NCBI RefSeq assembly: GCF_036321535.1
Contig: NC_087438.1
Location: forward strand, 1,180,001 to 1,244,000
Length of the DNA: 64,000 bases
Direction: 5' to 3'
Source of the DNA: Camelus dromedarius
Lineage: Eukaryota
Shown in pieces: positions 1 to 11,030 of this stretch. Both the position numbers and the translations under genes were made by a program. The notes under the pieces are model-generated. The model was not told the DNA's origin. It made no database searches and was given only the letters and a program-made list of their open reading frames with translations. Positions within the stretch are counted from its first letter, which is position 1. Each line of letters starts with the position of its first letter.

Positions 1-24
1 AGTCCCTCACGCGCTCAGGACCGC

Positions 25-43
25 TGGCCTCCAGAGGGCGATG
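25..43 (+). promoter_or_regulatory. CTCF-like motif
   Basis: tggcctccagagggcgat resembles the CTCF core consensus TGGCCACCAG(A/G)GGGCGC. Confidence 0.4.
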
Positions 44-2584
44 CAGGTCCCCCCCCCCCCGCCCCCGCAATGCTGGTTCCACCCCCCCTGCTCTCCGGCC
101 CCCTCCCACAGTGCTCCAGCACCGCCCGCCTTCCCCGCTGTCAGGGGTCACAGGGGCCACCGGAAATGTCACCCCCAACACAAACAGTAGTGCCACCTCC
201 GCCCTGTTCCTGTCCTGTCCCCACGCCGCGCCCCTCTCCCCGGGACCCTCCCCGCGGTGGGACTGCTCCCCTCACACGGCCTGACACCCTGCGGGGCCAG
301 GTCTGTGCCCTGCGGGGCTGGCGGGGGCCCCTGGGGCCACCAGGCGTGCTCGCCTGCTTTCCCTTCCCGTTTCCCTTCCTCTCAGAGAAAGCCCCTCACA
401 GACATGCTTGCACTGCATCCTCCCCCTCCTCTCCATGCTTCCTTCTCCAGGGACCCATGTGTTTCCCTCTCCGCGTGTAAACTTCGTCCTTAACGTCTCA
501 ATGTCCTTGGCTGGTGGCAGCCCTTTTAACTCCCTGCTCTTCCCGTTACACCTTCTGCTCTGCATATTAGACACGGTAACGTCAGAGTCCTCTTTGGGTG
601 GTTTTGTCATTTCCATCCCCCCGGGAGCGAATCCCCCTGGCTGGTTGCGCCCGAGCGCGCTGGCATGTGGCTTCCCGGCCTCCCTCTCCACGGCTCGTCG
701 TGGGGTGGCTGGCTTCTCCCTGTCCCCCAAGGCCCCCAGCTCAAAACCCATGTTTCCGGTGCACTTCCTCCTGGTCCGAAGGCCCCTGACCTAAGCAGCC
801 CCCCCGCCAACGCCCAACACACCTGTAAGGGCCGTGAGCGAGGGGAGGGCGGCTGCGCTGGACATCCTTGTTCGGCAAGGGGTGGGGGGGGCGGCAGGCA
901 GCCTCCGGCGCAGAGCGCTCCCAGGCCCTGCGGGCGCAGCCCCTCTGCAGCGGGCCCGGGCCTGCCCCCCGGGCAGGAGGCTGCAGCCCTGGGCTCCCGC
1001 TTCTGCCTCCCCCACAGGACGTGGGCCGGCCTTGTGCCTGGCAGCGTTCCGGGCCTGTTCACTCTGGGGGACCCCGAAGTCCTCTCTGCGCTGTGACTCT
1101 CTGCCATCGTCAGTCAAGGATATTCACTCCCTCAAAACCTCCGTGGGGTTTTATGTTTCAGCTCGTAATCCCTTCCATGAGGCAGAAGACACAGTCGCAG
1201 ACCTACTTAATTCATTCAACATTGGATCCCCGGAGGCTGCAGAGACGGTGCTCCAGGGGTCTTGGAAACACTGGCGTCTGGCTTAAAGGGCCTGTGAGAC
1301 AAGCCCCCGAGCTTTTCTGTTTGGCAGAGGCCTCCAGGTTTAACCTCCTTGAGTCTTCCTGATACCGTATTGAAGCGTTTACAGCCCGCCTTGACTTCTG
1401 TGAGGCCGGGTTTGACCGGCAGGGCCCTTGGTGTGGTCTCTGCCTGGAGGCCACCGCCCGGGGGAGAACCTCTGCCGGCCGTGAAGACCATGCTGGGCCC
1501 TTCAGTAGGCGCGGCCAGTCCAGCCAAAGACTAGACAGACGGTCGTCAGTCCCCCCCCCCCCATTGTTTCACGGGCAGCAGAACGAAGGCTGGTGGCTCT
1601 TCAAGTTTGGCCCAGAAGTTTCCTCATTGAGACCGTCAGGACTGTGGGCACGTTTTCCACGACCTGTGTTACCGCAGGCCACGGTGCTGCCAAGTTTCTG
1701 CCGCCATCTGACAAGCTTTCCTTCCCTCGGGCTTGCAGCAACATTCTCGTCGCTTCCATTAAGGCCCTTCCAACAGCCTCACGCAGGCTGTTCAAACTTC
1801 TGCCTGGCGTCTGGCATCAGAACCCGTGTCACATGTTTTGGGTTTAGTTTTGGCAGCCTCCCGCCTCCTGGTACCAGGTCTCTTTTGCTAAGGAACAAAT
1901 CTCTCCAACATTTACGGGTGTAAAACCACCAACTCTTACTCTGGCCCCAGAGTCTGTGGGTCAGAAAATCTGGACGGGCTTGGCTCCGAGCTTCCCGAGT
2001 GGGGCCGTGCACGTGGCTGTGGTCAGACATGTGAAAGCTCAGCCGGGCCGGACATCCCAGCGGCCTCACTCGGGCTGGAAGATACTTCCAGCTGTTGAGA
2101 GCTGGGCTCGTAGGCAGACTGCAGTGTGTGCAGGGATGGTGGCTCCTGGTGGCCTGGGCTGCTCGCAGCGAGGTGGCCGAGTTCCCAGAAGGAGCGCCGA
2201 GCAGAAGCGTCTGGGAGTGCGCGAGTCTGCGGACCGAGGCCGGGGCTGCGGCCTGTCCTCAGCCGGCCCCGGAGTCACGCGCTCTTACGTCTGCACGCGC
2301 TTTTAGCTAACAGACCCATGGCCAACCCCGAACTCTGGAAAGAACTCGGTCCATCTCTAAGTCACCCGTCAAGCTCAGCTTGCCTCTCCTCAGGGGCTTT
2401 CTCTGACCTCCCCGGGCAGGGCAGCTCTGCCGTGACAGGGCCGGCGCCCCGCACGCCTCCCCAGAGCCGCCCGCGAGCGCGGGTCTGCCTTTGCGTTTAC
2501 CTGCGATTGCGTGACGGCACGTTTCCCCACCGGCCTCTGACGCCTTAAAGGACACAACCTTACTTTGTCCTTAGCTTCTGTGCC

Positions 2585-2652
2585 TCAGCTTCTCGCAGAG
2601 TGCCTGGCAGACGTCAAGCGCTCGGTAGGCACTCTTGAAGAACGGATGGATG
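2585..2652 (+). mobile_element. L2 LINE 3' end remnant
   Basis: cagagtgcctggcagacgtcaagcgctcggtaggcactcttgaagaacggatggatg resembles the L2 terminus (acagtgcctggcacatagtaggcgctcaataaat...gaatgaatg). Confidence 0.55.
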
Positions 2653-4365
2653 TGCTTGGAAATACTCAGGGAAAAGTCCTGGAGTGTTCCTTGTGATGCC
2701 CTCCTGCCGCCCGCCCCCTGCCCCGCTGTCTCTGGCTCATCTCTGTGATCCTGATCTGTGTCACCTCCCTCTGGGTCCACGTCTTGCTCACCTTTATTCT
2801 TCTAGCGCCTGGTCCTGCTCCAGAGACTTCCAGCCAGCCTGCCCAAGTAAGTATCTGGAAAGGCGACTGTGCGATCGCACAGCTCCGAGCACTGTTGAAG
2901 CAGGAGAGCGCTCTCTAAATAACGGTGCCCTTTCTTCACATGTGTTTGGGGAAGGAAGCGGCCCTGTTCGCCTTTGGGTAAGTTAAAATCTCCACCTGGC
3001 TTTCCCGGAGTCTGAGCGTTGCTATCCACCGCGTGACAAAGAACCCTAAGCCGTGGGGTGATGGACAGTCTTCTCTGTATGTTCATCCTGCTCCTCACCC
3101 GTCCAGATGGACACCTATTCACAGATGCCAGCAGAGCCCGAAATGGACCCGCTCCTCTGTCTCTGCCTCCGCCTCTGCCTCGTCTGTGTCCGTGTCTGCG
3201 TCCGGGTAGCTCTACGATGGGTGGAGCGCGGCACTGAGGGTCCCAATGTCTTAAAGAAGCTCAGGTTCGACTCTCACATTTCATCTCAATAACCTCCTAA
3301 AATACTTCATTGTAATTCTCTTATCGCAATGACTTTTTCCCTTGGGATGTGAATGTTACCTTTGTAAACTTACTTTTGCTAAAATCTCTAGCTGTCTTTA
3401 GAATTTCTCTTTATCTTAAATATCAAAAATCCCAGGCTGTATGTTGAAATTTTCTTCTGTTTCTGCACACTGTTCTAGGAAACTGCCTTTCAGCTGCTGC
3501 CGAGCCGTTTCATAGGAGACTCCTGTCAAGTCTTTCCTCCCCAGATTCTGATCAGTTGCTTTGTTCAGATGGATGGAAAATGCCTCATCCCCTTGGTTTG
3601 CGGGAGAAAACGCGGCAGAAGGTGCTGCGACATTAATTACTGCTGACACTTAGAACCCGGTATTACTGTTAGGATTACAGTAAGTCCCCGAACTCGGATT
3701 TCATGTGAACGTCCTGCTAATTAAGAAAAGTAATGTTCCCCTTTCTCTCCTCCCCTATCTCATTGCAGCCTATCCTTCTCATACTTTGATTTTATATACA
3801 TATTACAATATAAATACACATGTGATATAGAATATGTATATATTCTGCTTTTAACAGCCATATGTATATACACACCCATATATAAGGTTTAAAACACAGC
3901 AGAGTTTCTCCTGCTTTTCTGCACTCCTCACGTTTATACAGTCAAGGTCTCTCAGCTAGATTTTTGTGAGTTATAAATAAGTTGTGTTTTCATAATAAAG
4001 AAAAGAGCTAAATTTATTTAGCTCATGTATAAAGCTGTATAAACAAAACACATACCAGTAAACATAGAGTCCTAGAGAACTCTCACTGACCGTGGTGAGA
4101 GATGCGACCCTTTGTGACACAAACCCTGCTTTGTTTCCTGCCCGCAAAGGAAGGACACGGGGCGCACAGAGGGGGACGGGAAAGTGAGGAGGACAAACCA
4201 TGAGATGATGATTTTCCTTCAAGTGAAAAGCGTGCTTTGGTGTTTTGTATTTATACATTGAAAACACATATTTTCTGTTTCTTTTACTAGGGTACCAACT
4301 GCTGTAATGGGAGCCTTTTTCATGCTTTTGTGTGCTTGCCTTTTGATGCACATACGTATTTGATA

Positions 4366-4370
4366 TGTGT

Positions 4371-4402
<32 letters not shown>
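4366..4402. repeat. (TG)n microsatellite
   Basis: Near-perfect TG dinucleotide run is directly visible. Confidence 0.95.
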
Positions 4403-4483
4403 AAAGAAATGAATGCTAGAAAACCCCAGATCACACAGATCATGTATCACACGGATAACGACGTGGAGGCAGAGACTACCCAC

Positions 4484-4821
4484 CTTGTTCGATGTTACCG
4501 TGTGACCCCACTTTCCTTTCTCTGATCAGAGCGTTTGCCCTAACTTAAGAACAGAGCCATGCCTCCCTGTCATCTTTCTAGGTGTTTAGGAGGCCAGGCT
4601 GCGGCATACAGTTAAGACCAAATTCTGCGTACCTTCAAGCAGGTATCTTGTCTGGGACAAGCCAAGCGTATGCAGGAAAGGTTACACCTGGCCAAGGTGG
4701 TTACAACTTAGTTACAAAAATTATCGCTCATCCACCTGAGCCCTATGTAGGCCTTTCGATCTGTTCGTCTCGCGTGGTTTACACGTACATCTTGTAGCTC
4801 GCAGGTTTTAAAAGGTGCATT
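4484..4821 (-). pseudogene. First coding pseudo-exon, SAM-domain-like remnant
   Basis: ATG at 4820 follows a strong acceptor. With a +1 and then a compensating -1 shift it reads MHLLKPASYKMYV*TTRDEQIER/LHRAQVDER*FL*LSCNHLGQV*PFLHTLGLSQTRYLLEGTQNL.../ANALIRERKVGSHGNIEQG. It ends in phase 1, which joins an open frame (GRSHEIRVRGLTVILTVIPG) at the start of the next exon. Confidence 0.4.
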
Positions 4822-5191
4822 CTTTAAAAAGAAGGTAAAAATAAATGTACACAGAAAACAGACATACATAATTGTTATTTATAGTAATCATTTCTGTGCC
4901 ATGAAATCAATGCATGCTTAGCCGGAATTCAAGCTTGAGGAGAAACGGGTAATCAGTCCCCTGGTGCTCCAAAATAGTAGATTTCAAAAAAGTACTGCCA
5001 GGTAGAAACACGTATTTGCTCAGGCGCTTCCTTTGACCAGCCCTTTCCCGCGGCTTGGGCGGCGCGGGCGCGGTCACCCGGCCTGTCCCTTCCCGCGCGG
5101 GGCCCTGCGGGCGGGCGGGCGGGCGGGTCGGAGGACCGCCCGAGGACCTGGTGGAAGCCCCCCAGTCCGGGCCGCCGAGCGGCGCTCCCCG

Positions 5192-5225
5192 CTGCAGTGC
5201 GGGCGCGGGGCCAACAGGTGGCACA
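5192..5225 (+). promoter_or_regulatory. CTCF-like motif with upstream (ZF9-11) module
   Basis: ctgcagt-gcgggcgcg-gggccaacaggtggcac: core ccaacaggtggcac preceded by CTGCAGT at about the expected spacing. Confidence 0.5.
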
Positions 5226-5320
5226 AACGCCCTTGGCTGGCGCCGCGCAGCTGCGGCTCCCGCCCCCGCCCGTCCCCGCGCCGCACGGGCCCGCGGAAGG
5301 GCTGCGGGCGCGCTCCCCTG

Positions 5321-5350
5321 GCGCGGCGCGGCGCGGCGCGGCGCGGCGCG
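5321..5350. repeat. (GCGCG)6 pentanucleotide tandem repeat
   Basis: Directly visible in the CpG island. Confidence 0.9.
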
Positions 5351-5441
5351 GCCCCGGGCTCCGGGGCCCCGGGGCCCCGGGTTGGGGGTCCGGGCGGGGG
5401 TCCCCGCGGGCAGGGGCAGAGCCCAGGCCGGTCTCCGGCGG

Positions 5442-5460
5442 CGCGCCCTCTGCTGGCCGC
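5442..5460 (-). promoter_or_regulatory. CTCF-like motif
   Basis: The reverse complement reads gcggccagcagagggcgcg, a close match to the CTCF core. Confidence 0.55.
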
Positions 5461-6589
5461 CCGCGGTCTCGCCGGCCAGATAGGGCGCGGCGCTGCCCGC
5501 GTGTGCAGGGCGGGGGTGGGCGGGACAGGTGCTGTCTGGGCGGGTGCGGGTGGAGCAGATGCAAGGCTGGGCGGGGCTGGCTGGGCAAGGATGGGTCAGA
5601 GCAGCTGGGGGTTGGAGTGGGCCGGACAGGTGTGGGGAGTGGGATTTGGCAGGCCAAGGGCTTGGTTGGCTAGCCAGGGGTTGGGTGGAAGTAAAGAAAG
5701 AGCTGGGCACGTGCTGGGGCTGGACTGGGGCTGGGGCCCCACCGCTGACGGAGGCTGTGGAATCAGAAGCTTCTCCTTATCCTTGCTGTCAGGTTTGAGG
5801 CCTCGGTTAAAAGCTCCCCAGTCTCTCCCCGCAGTGTAGGGAGCCTTGAGAACCTAACATTTCAGCAAAGCCGCCCACCCGCCCCTCCCCTCCCCCCTCC
5901 CCTCCCCCCCAGGCTCCTGTCTGAGCCAGCGCGTGCGGTGGGAGGGAAGGCAGGCCTGTCAGTCCCAGGTTCCAACTCACTGGAGAGGAGCCTTGCGTGA
6001 ACCTGCTTTTAATGTGTCAAATCAGAAAGTCACTTCCCGGCAATAAGGTGTGAAGGGGTTACAGCCTCCCGCGGGGCCGCCTGTAGACTCTGCGGCGCGA
6101 GTGACAGTCTGCTCCCCCCACGCCAGGCAGCCGCGCGGTGGCCCGGGCGCCACCTACACAGCCTCCGCTGTGAGTTCCACCCCGCTTTCCTCAGTGTGGA
6201 CAAGGCCTCGTATTTGGAGGCCACCTCACCAGACACCGTGTCCCTTCCTCGGTCTGTGCCTGTCAGCCTTCCCAAATGCCCTGGAGTCACGTCCCCATGT
6301 CCCCTGCTCCCATGCCCCAGAGGTCACGGTGCCTCGTCCTGCGGGATCCTGACGGAGCAGGACCTGGGTTCCGGCCTGGTTCTCTTTATGGCTCTTACTG
6401 TCGGAAACATCGTGGACCGGCCCCACGATGGAGCCCTGGCCTTGTCCGTCTGCTCGTGGGCCGTGAGCCTTGCTGTGTCCGGCGGGGATGGGCAGAGAGA
6501 GGAGGCAGCCTTCACAGAGGGTCTGTTCTGGCTCCAGCCACGTGCTCACAGGTACGATCCAATCCTTCCTCCCTGGGAAAATGGTTGTG

Positions 6590-6680
6590 CTCTGGCCCCC
6601 ATTTTACAGAGGAGGAAGCTGAGTCCCTCAGTGATTAACCAGCTGGCCTAGGGCTGAGGGAGTGCCAGCCTGGGTGTGTT
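6590..6680 (-). mobile_element. MIR SINE fragment
   Basis: cccattttacagaggaggaagctgagtccctcagtgattaac matches the reverse complement of the MIR core. Confidence 0.7.
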
Positions 6681-7559
6681 TGCACCTGCCCTGGCACCTC
6701 GGCCGGCTGGATGTCCTCTCCAAAGGCAGGAAGGACCTCATAGACACGAAAGGAAGGGGTCGGCTTTCATTGGCAGCACATCCGAGGGCTTAGGCCTCAA
6801 GCCACTCAGTCCTGTAGCCGGAAATGATGGACTTTCATGGAGATGAACCCTGCAGCCACTCCTGGCTTCCCTCTGCCACCCACCCCATTGTCCCAAGCCT
6901 GATCAGGGCCAGGGGTCCAGGAGAACGCCAGTGACAGAAGCAGAGGTCACATAACCTCTGACCCCACGGCGGGGGTGGAGGTGGTCGTTTGAGGATGAAA
7001 CCTCTGGCCTGAGCATCTACGATTCTTGATTTCACCTGCACCAAAATTGTAAGTATTTTAATCCAAAATGGCTGGGGGGGGGGTTGCACGGAACGTAAGG
7101 CGGGCAAAGGATAGAGAGCTTGAAAGTTCATCATTGCACCTGTTTCCGGCTTTTTAAGGATGGGAACTGAGTGTGGTTCTTTGTGGGACTGTCGGAAGCT
7201 CGAGGCCAAATGTCACCATGGCGGTGAGAGTGTCTGCTGAGTGCTGACCGCACCTGGTTTTGTCTGAGGGGGTGAATATATGAGGTTGACATTTTAAGAA
7301 GTCAGAACTTTAGTCTCATTTCAAAGCTGGTAGAACAACCTAAAACTGTGTTGCCTTCTGGTGACAGTCCATCCAGACTGAAGTCTGACTTTGAAGTCAC
7401 ATTGACCTTTAAACGTCTCTGGAAAATGCAAGGTGTGATGCTTGGGGGAGGCACAGAGTCAAATCTTTCCGTCTTTAATTGAGTCCATTTAAAAATGCTA
7501 CGTGAGGACTAGAACATTAATTGCCAATTATTTCCATAAACTTGGTAAGAAAAACATGA

Positions 7560-8150
7560 AAACCAAACAGAGGCGATAGGAACAGTCAACTCAATGAAAG
7601 GAACCAGGAACACCCCCCACACTGGAAAATGTCCAGCCTCACGGTGACCAGCGAAGACCAGCAGGTTAACAAAACCACAGCCACACACCCCAAGCTGCGC
7701 GGGCGGCCAGTGCTGGCGGCTGTGCGGTGAGAGCAGCCCTTTGGGAGCGGGTGGTGGGCGGACGTGCAGATCCGGCCAGCTTTAATGGGAAGCGTTCTGG
7801 GTGCTCTGTCAACAGAGCTTGGTTTAATTGCTTTGACCCGGTAATTCCCCTTCTCGAAAAAGAAGAAGCCCCAGGGAAACAGAAAGCCATGAGCTGTTTA
7901 CGTAACTCTCGTCACAGGATAACTTATAACAGGGGACAGACCGGAAACAACCCCCGTTTGTGAGAGCAGGACGGTGTTCAAATACAGTGCACCAGACGAC
8001 GGAACACTGCCGGGCGCTGAGAAAGTATTTTCGTGGCTGCTCAGAGACACGGAGGCGCTTGATCCCTGCAATGTCATGAGAAAAGCAAGACAGAAGACGT
8101 TATAAACAGGACACTTAAACTGTACAAAAACCCTGTGTTTGTGTCTATGC
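7560..8150 (+). mobile_element. Ancient L1 (L1ME-like) 3' fragment, heavily diverged
   Basis: ctttgacccggtaattccccttct and ggaaacaaccc resemble conserved L1 3'-end landmarks and occur in the correct order. Confidence 0.5.
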
Positions 8151-10345
8151 ATGTGTGTGCACACACACACATAAACTTACAAAAAACATATATATGTGTT
8201 TATCTGTTTTATACTTCCGTATCTTTATTACACTTATGTACCTTTAGATACCTTTGTTTTGTGGGAGTTGGAAAGGGAACAAGACAATATGGTGGATAAG
8301 GTGGGAGTGATGGTGAGGAGGCTTAACGAGTCATTTAAGAAGACTGATTATTTCATATGTCCCAAGTTTGTTAAAGACACGTTCTGCTTTCCTAATCACA
8401 TAAAGCAATACAGGTGCTCGAGCCCAGAGCTCGGCCCCCGCCGGCACCTGCCCTGCCAGCTCTGCTCTGACTGCGCGCCGTAACCCTGCAGTGGGCTGGG
8501 GAGCGCCCACCAGCAACCCCCACACCAGGCCCCGGCTCATGGCCCACCCGCACCCGACCCCCGGGGCTCCTGCTCCTGCGGTGACTCCCGCAGACGCACT
8601 CGGCCAGGACCTGGAGGTCCCCTCCAGCTGACCCGGCTCAGATGAGCCTCTGGACCTGAGCCGGGTGGATCCTGGAGCCGCAGCCCAGGTGGGTTTGGGC
8701 AAGTCCACTGTCAGGACGGGCAGGATGTGCGGAGATGCTGACTGGTGGGGGGCGCCTTCAGAGGGATAAGACAGTCGCGTTTGTGGCTGACCTGACCATT
8801 TACAGCATGTTGGGGCCATGTGCCCGCTGGGGGCTCCGCCACACAAGTATGTGGGTGTGGACAGAGTGATGGGACTCCGTGCCCGAAACAGGGCCAGCAG
8901 AGTTGCACAGACAGGGGACCGCTGTGCAGCTCACGTCCATGGAGAGGGGAGACGGGTGGGCGGGGCTTCCTCCACTGTCCCCCTCACGTCCCATCTGTGC
9001 CATTTCCTGGGCTTCGCACCTGGGAGTTGGGGTAACAGCCTCCTCTCGGGCTGCTGGAAAGTGGCTGGAGGAAGCTGCACCAGGCCGAGCCAGTGAGCAG
9101 CCCCCGGCCCCCCGGCCCCCCGCCCCACCTCTGTCCTAGCTTCTCTGGTGGCCTGTACGCTCCAGGAAGGGAGTGTCCCTGTCCCTCTGACTGTGCGCCC
9201 CCCACACCGGAGCATTCCTGATGCAACAGCAGGTGCTCCATGAGTGCTTGTGGGCAGCCCCAGGAGGGAGGGGCCTCCAGCATCTTGCTTGCTCTCGAAT
9301 TCCTTGAGCCTAGGATCCCAGACGCAGGTGGGTATGCCCTCTTCCAGCAGAGGAATGAGGGGATCAACACCGAGTCCCCCTGGAAACAACTGCTGCTTTT
9401 CCCTGGAATTCTGCGGGAAACAAAAGTGAGCCAGGAGAAGAGAACCAAGCATGGAGCTCGGAGGAGGAAGGGAGACACAATTCAAGTGAAATCTGTCTGT
9501 GTTAAAGTTTAGCCAAGCTTTCCACCCGAGGGACTGCGCCCTGTAAGACGTCCCCCGTCAGTTCTGGTCCCTCCATGGGTCAGGCTGCTCCCCCCCGTGG
9601 AGGGACGAGCTCAGCCCCGCGGCCACCTGAGGCTGGTGTGCCATCCGACGCCTGGGCGTGCGGCGGGGGACGCGGTGCTAACGCAGGCCCCGCAGTTGAG
9701 TCAGATGGAGACGACCAAGGAGGGGAATCACAGTGACAAACGCCTTAATGGTTCATTTTCCTTTTACACAGACGTGGGCACTTCTGACGTGGAGCCTGGG
9801 TCTCTGAGTGGAAGTCCGCTGGCTGGAGATGAGCAGACTTTTTCCCATCTTCCATCTACTCCATAAAAAGGGCACCGACTTCTGTTTACAGCTGGGCTTC
9901 CTTCAAGGGCGTCAAGAACATCAAAACACTCGCAGCACAGCCTGAGGGGAGACCCCTGCTGGGGTCCTAGGGCTTGTCCCCATCTTTTATGGTTACTGTA
10001 TCCAATGGCAATTTCATAGTGAATGTTTTAAGTCACTTTTCTTGTGAGCAAGTTTCTTCCCCATGCATCAAGTTTTTAAACTTGATTTTCATAAAGAATA
10101 GCTCTCTTTTCACATTCATGAGATTGTAGAATATTTAATTAATTTACATATTTAATGGTAGAAATATGATCGGCATAAGCAAATTTTTGAAAACTGAAAC
10201 ATACCTTTTGGAAAGCGTACAAGCTGAGTGGCAGTGGCAGATGGTCAGCTGCCTGACGGAGCAGCCTTTCCCCGCGCAGCCCTGGGCGGGGGTGTTTTTA
10301 CAGGGACTAGGGGGTGTGGGCCTGGGTTTGAGGAGCGAGCTAAGG

Positions 10346-10760
10346 GTTATGGGCTGACTGTGTCCCCCTTCTCCAAATCTTTGTGTTGAGGCCCTAGCCC
10401 CCGGGACCTCGGAGTGACCTTATTTGAAAGTGGGATCTTGCAGAAGTGGTCAGGTTGACAGGAGGCCATTAGGACGGACCCTCATCCAGCACGAGTGGTG
10501 TCCTCTCAAGAAGGGGAAACGTGGGCACGGAGACAGGTGTGCACAGGAGGAGGGCGTGAGGTCCATGGCGCTGGGGACCGGGGAGGCGCGGCTCTGAGGC
10601 AAAGGGTGCCCAGAGCCGCCAGCAAACGCCAGGGGCTGAGGGCCGCGGGGAGCAGCCTCCCCCGCAGCCTCTGAGGGCCCGCCCCGTGGACACTGGGTCT
10701 CGGGCCGGCAGCCTCCGGGCGCTGAGGGAGTTTCTGTTATTTTCAGCCATCGAGTCTCAC
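10346..10760 (+). mobile_element. MLT1 (ERVL-MaLR) solo LTR, MLT1B/C-like
   Basis: ttatgggctgactgtgtcccc...gtgaccttatttgaaagtgggatcttgcaga...gtcctctcaagaagggga...tttctgttattttcagcca follows the MLT1 LTR layout. Confidence 0.8.
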
Positions 10761-10894
10761 TGGGTCCTCGTTGGTCCTCGGGGCTCAGGTCTTGGGCCTC
10801 TCTCTGTCCCCTCTCTCTGTCGCGCGTGGGTCTCATTCAGCCTCGTGTCTTAAGTGACACCCCTAGACCAGCCATCCAGACGGCGGTGCCTGCC

Positions 10895-11030
10895 GTTCAG
10901 AGCTCTCTCCCCGAGTCCAGACCCCCATAGCCAGCCGCCTGCTTGCCGCCTGGCTTGGAGGCCTAACGAGCATCTCACTGAACGTGCCCAGCACTGAGGC
11001 CTTGATTTCTCCCCCAAACCTGCGCTTCCA
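10895..11030 (+). mobile_element. L2 LINE fragment
   Basis: tccagacccccatagccagccgcctgcttg...catctcactgaacgtgcccagcactgaggccttgatttctcccccaaacctgc resembles the L2 consensus. Confidence 0.6.

Larger units (their letters stand above)
270..4821 (-). pseudogene. Putative decayed multi-exon (unitary-type) pseudogene of an unidentified gene; exons ~4821-4484, ~3713-2792 and ~2543 to at least ~270
   Basis: Minus-strand splice signals occur in alternating order: acceptor tttatttttaccttctttttaaag|aATG (4822/4821), donor caag|gtgggt (4484/4483), acceptor ttacttttcttaattagcag|g (3714/3713), donor aaag|gtgagc (2792/2791), acceptor ttgtgtcctttaag|g (2544/2543). Inferred introns hold a (TG)n microsatellite and an L2 remnant, while inferred exons lack recognisable interspersed repeats and give broken protein-like minus-strand ORFs (3416-3649, 2802-3122, 1779-2069, 1601-1795, 1216-1527, 272-751). 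There are many stops and frameshifts, and the 3' end is not determined. Confidence 0.5.
5040..5560. promoter_or_regulatory. CpG island / probable promoter, possibly with a non-coding first exon on the minus strand (donor cgg|gtgacc at 5078/5077)
   Basis: Very high GC and CpG density, multiple GC boxes (gggcgg), a (GCGG)n run at 5107-5127 and (GCGCG)6 at 5321-5350. It lies ~250 bp upstream of the strong minus-strand acceptor at 4822. Confidence 0.8.

Noticed and set aside
270..2543. Assigning the minus-strand fragments to a named gene (e.g. ZNF516, RBM44, C10orf90)
   Set aside because: The translations do not match what I recall of these proteins, so no symbol is given.
4907..5839. Long overlapping ORFs (267, 234 and 268 aa) on both strands
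   Set aside because: These are Pro/Arg/Gly/Ala low-complexity translations of a CpG island, where stop codons are scarce. No domain is recognisable.
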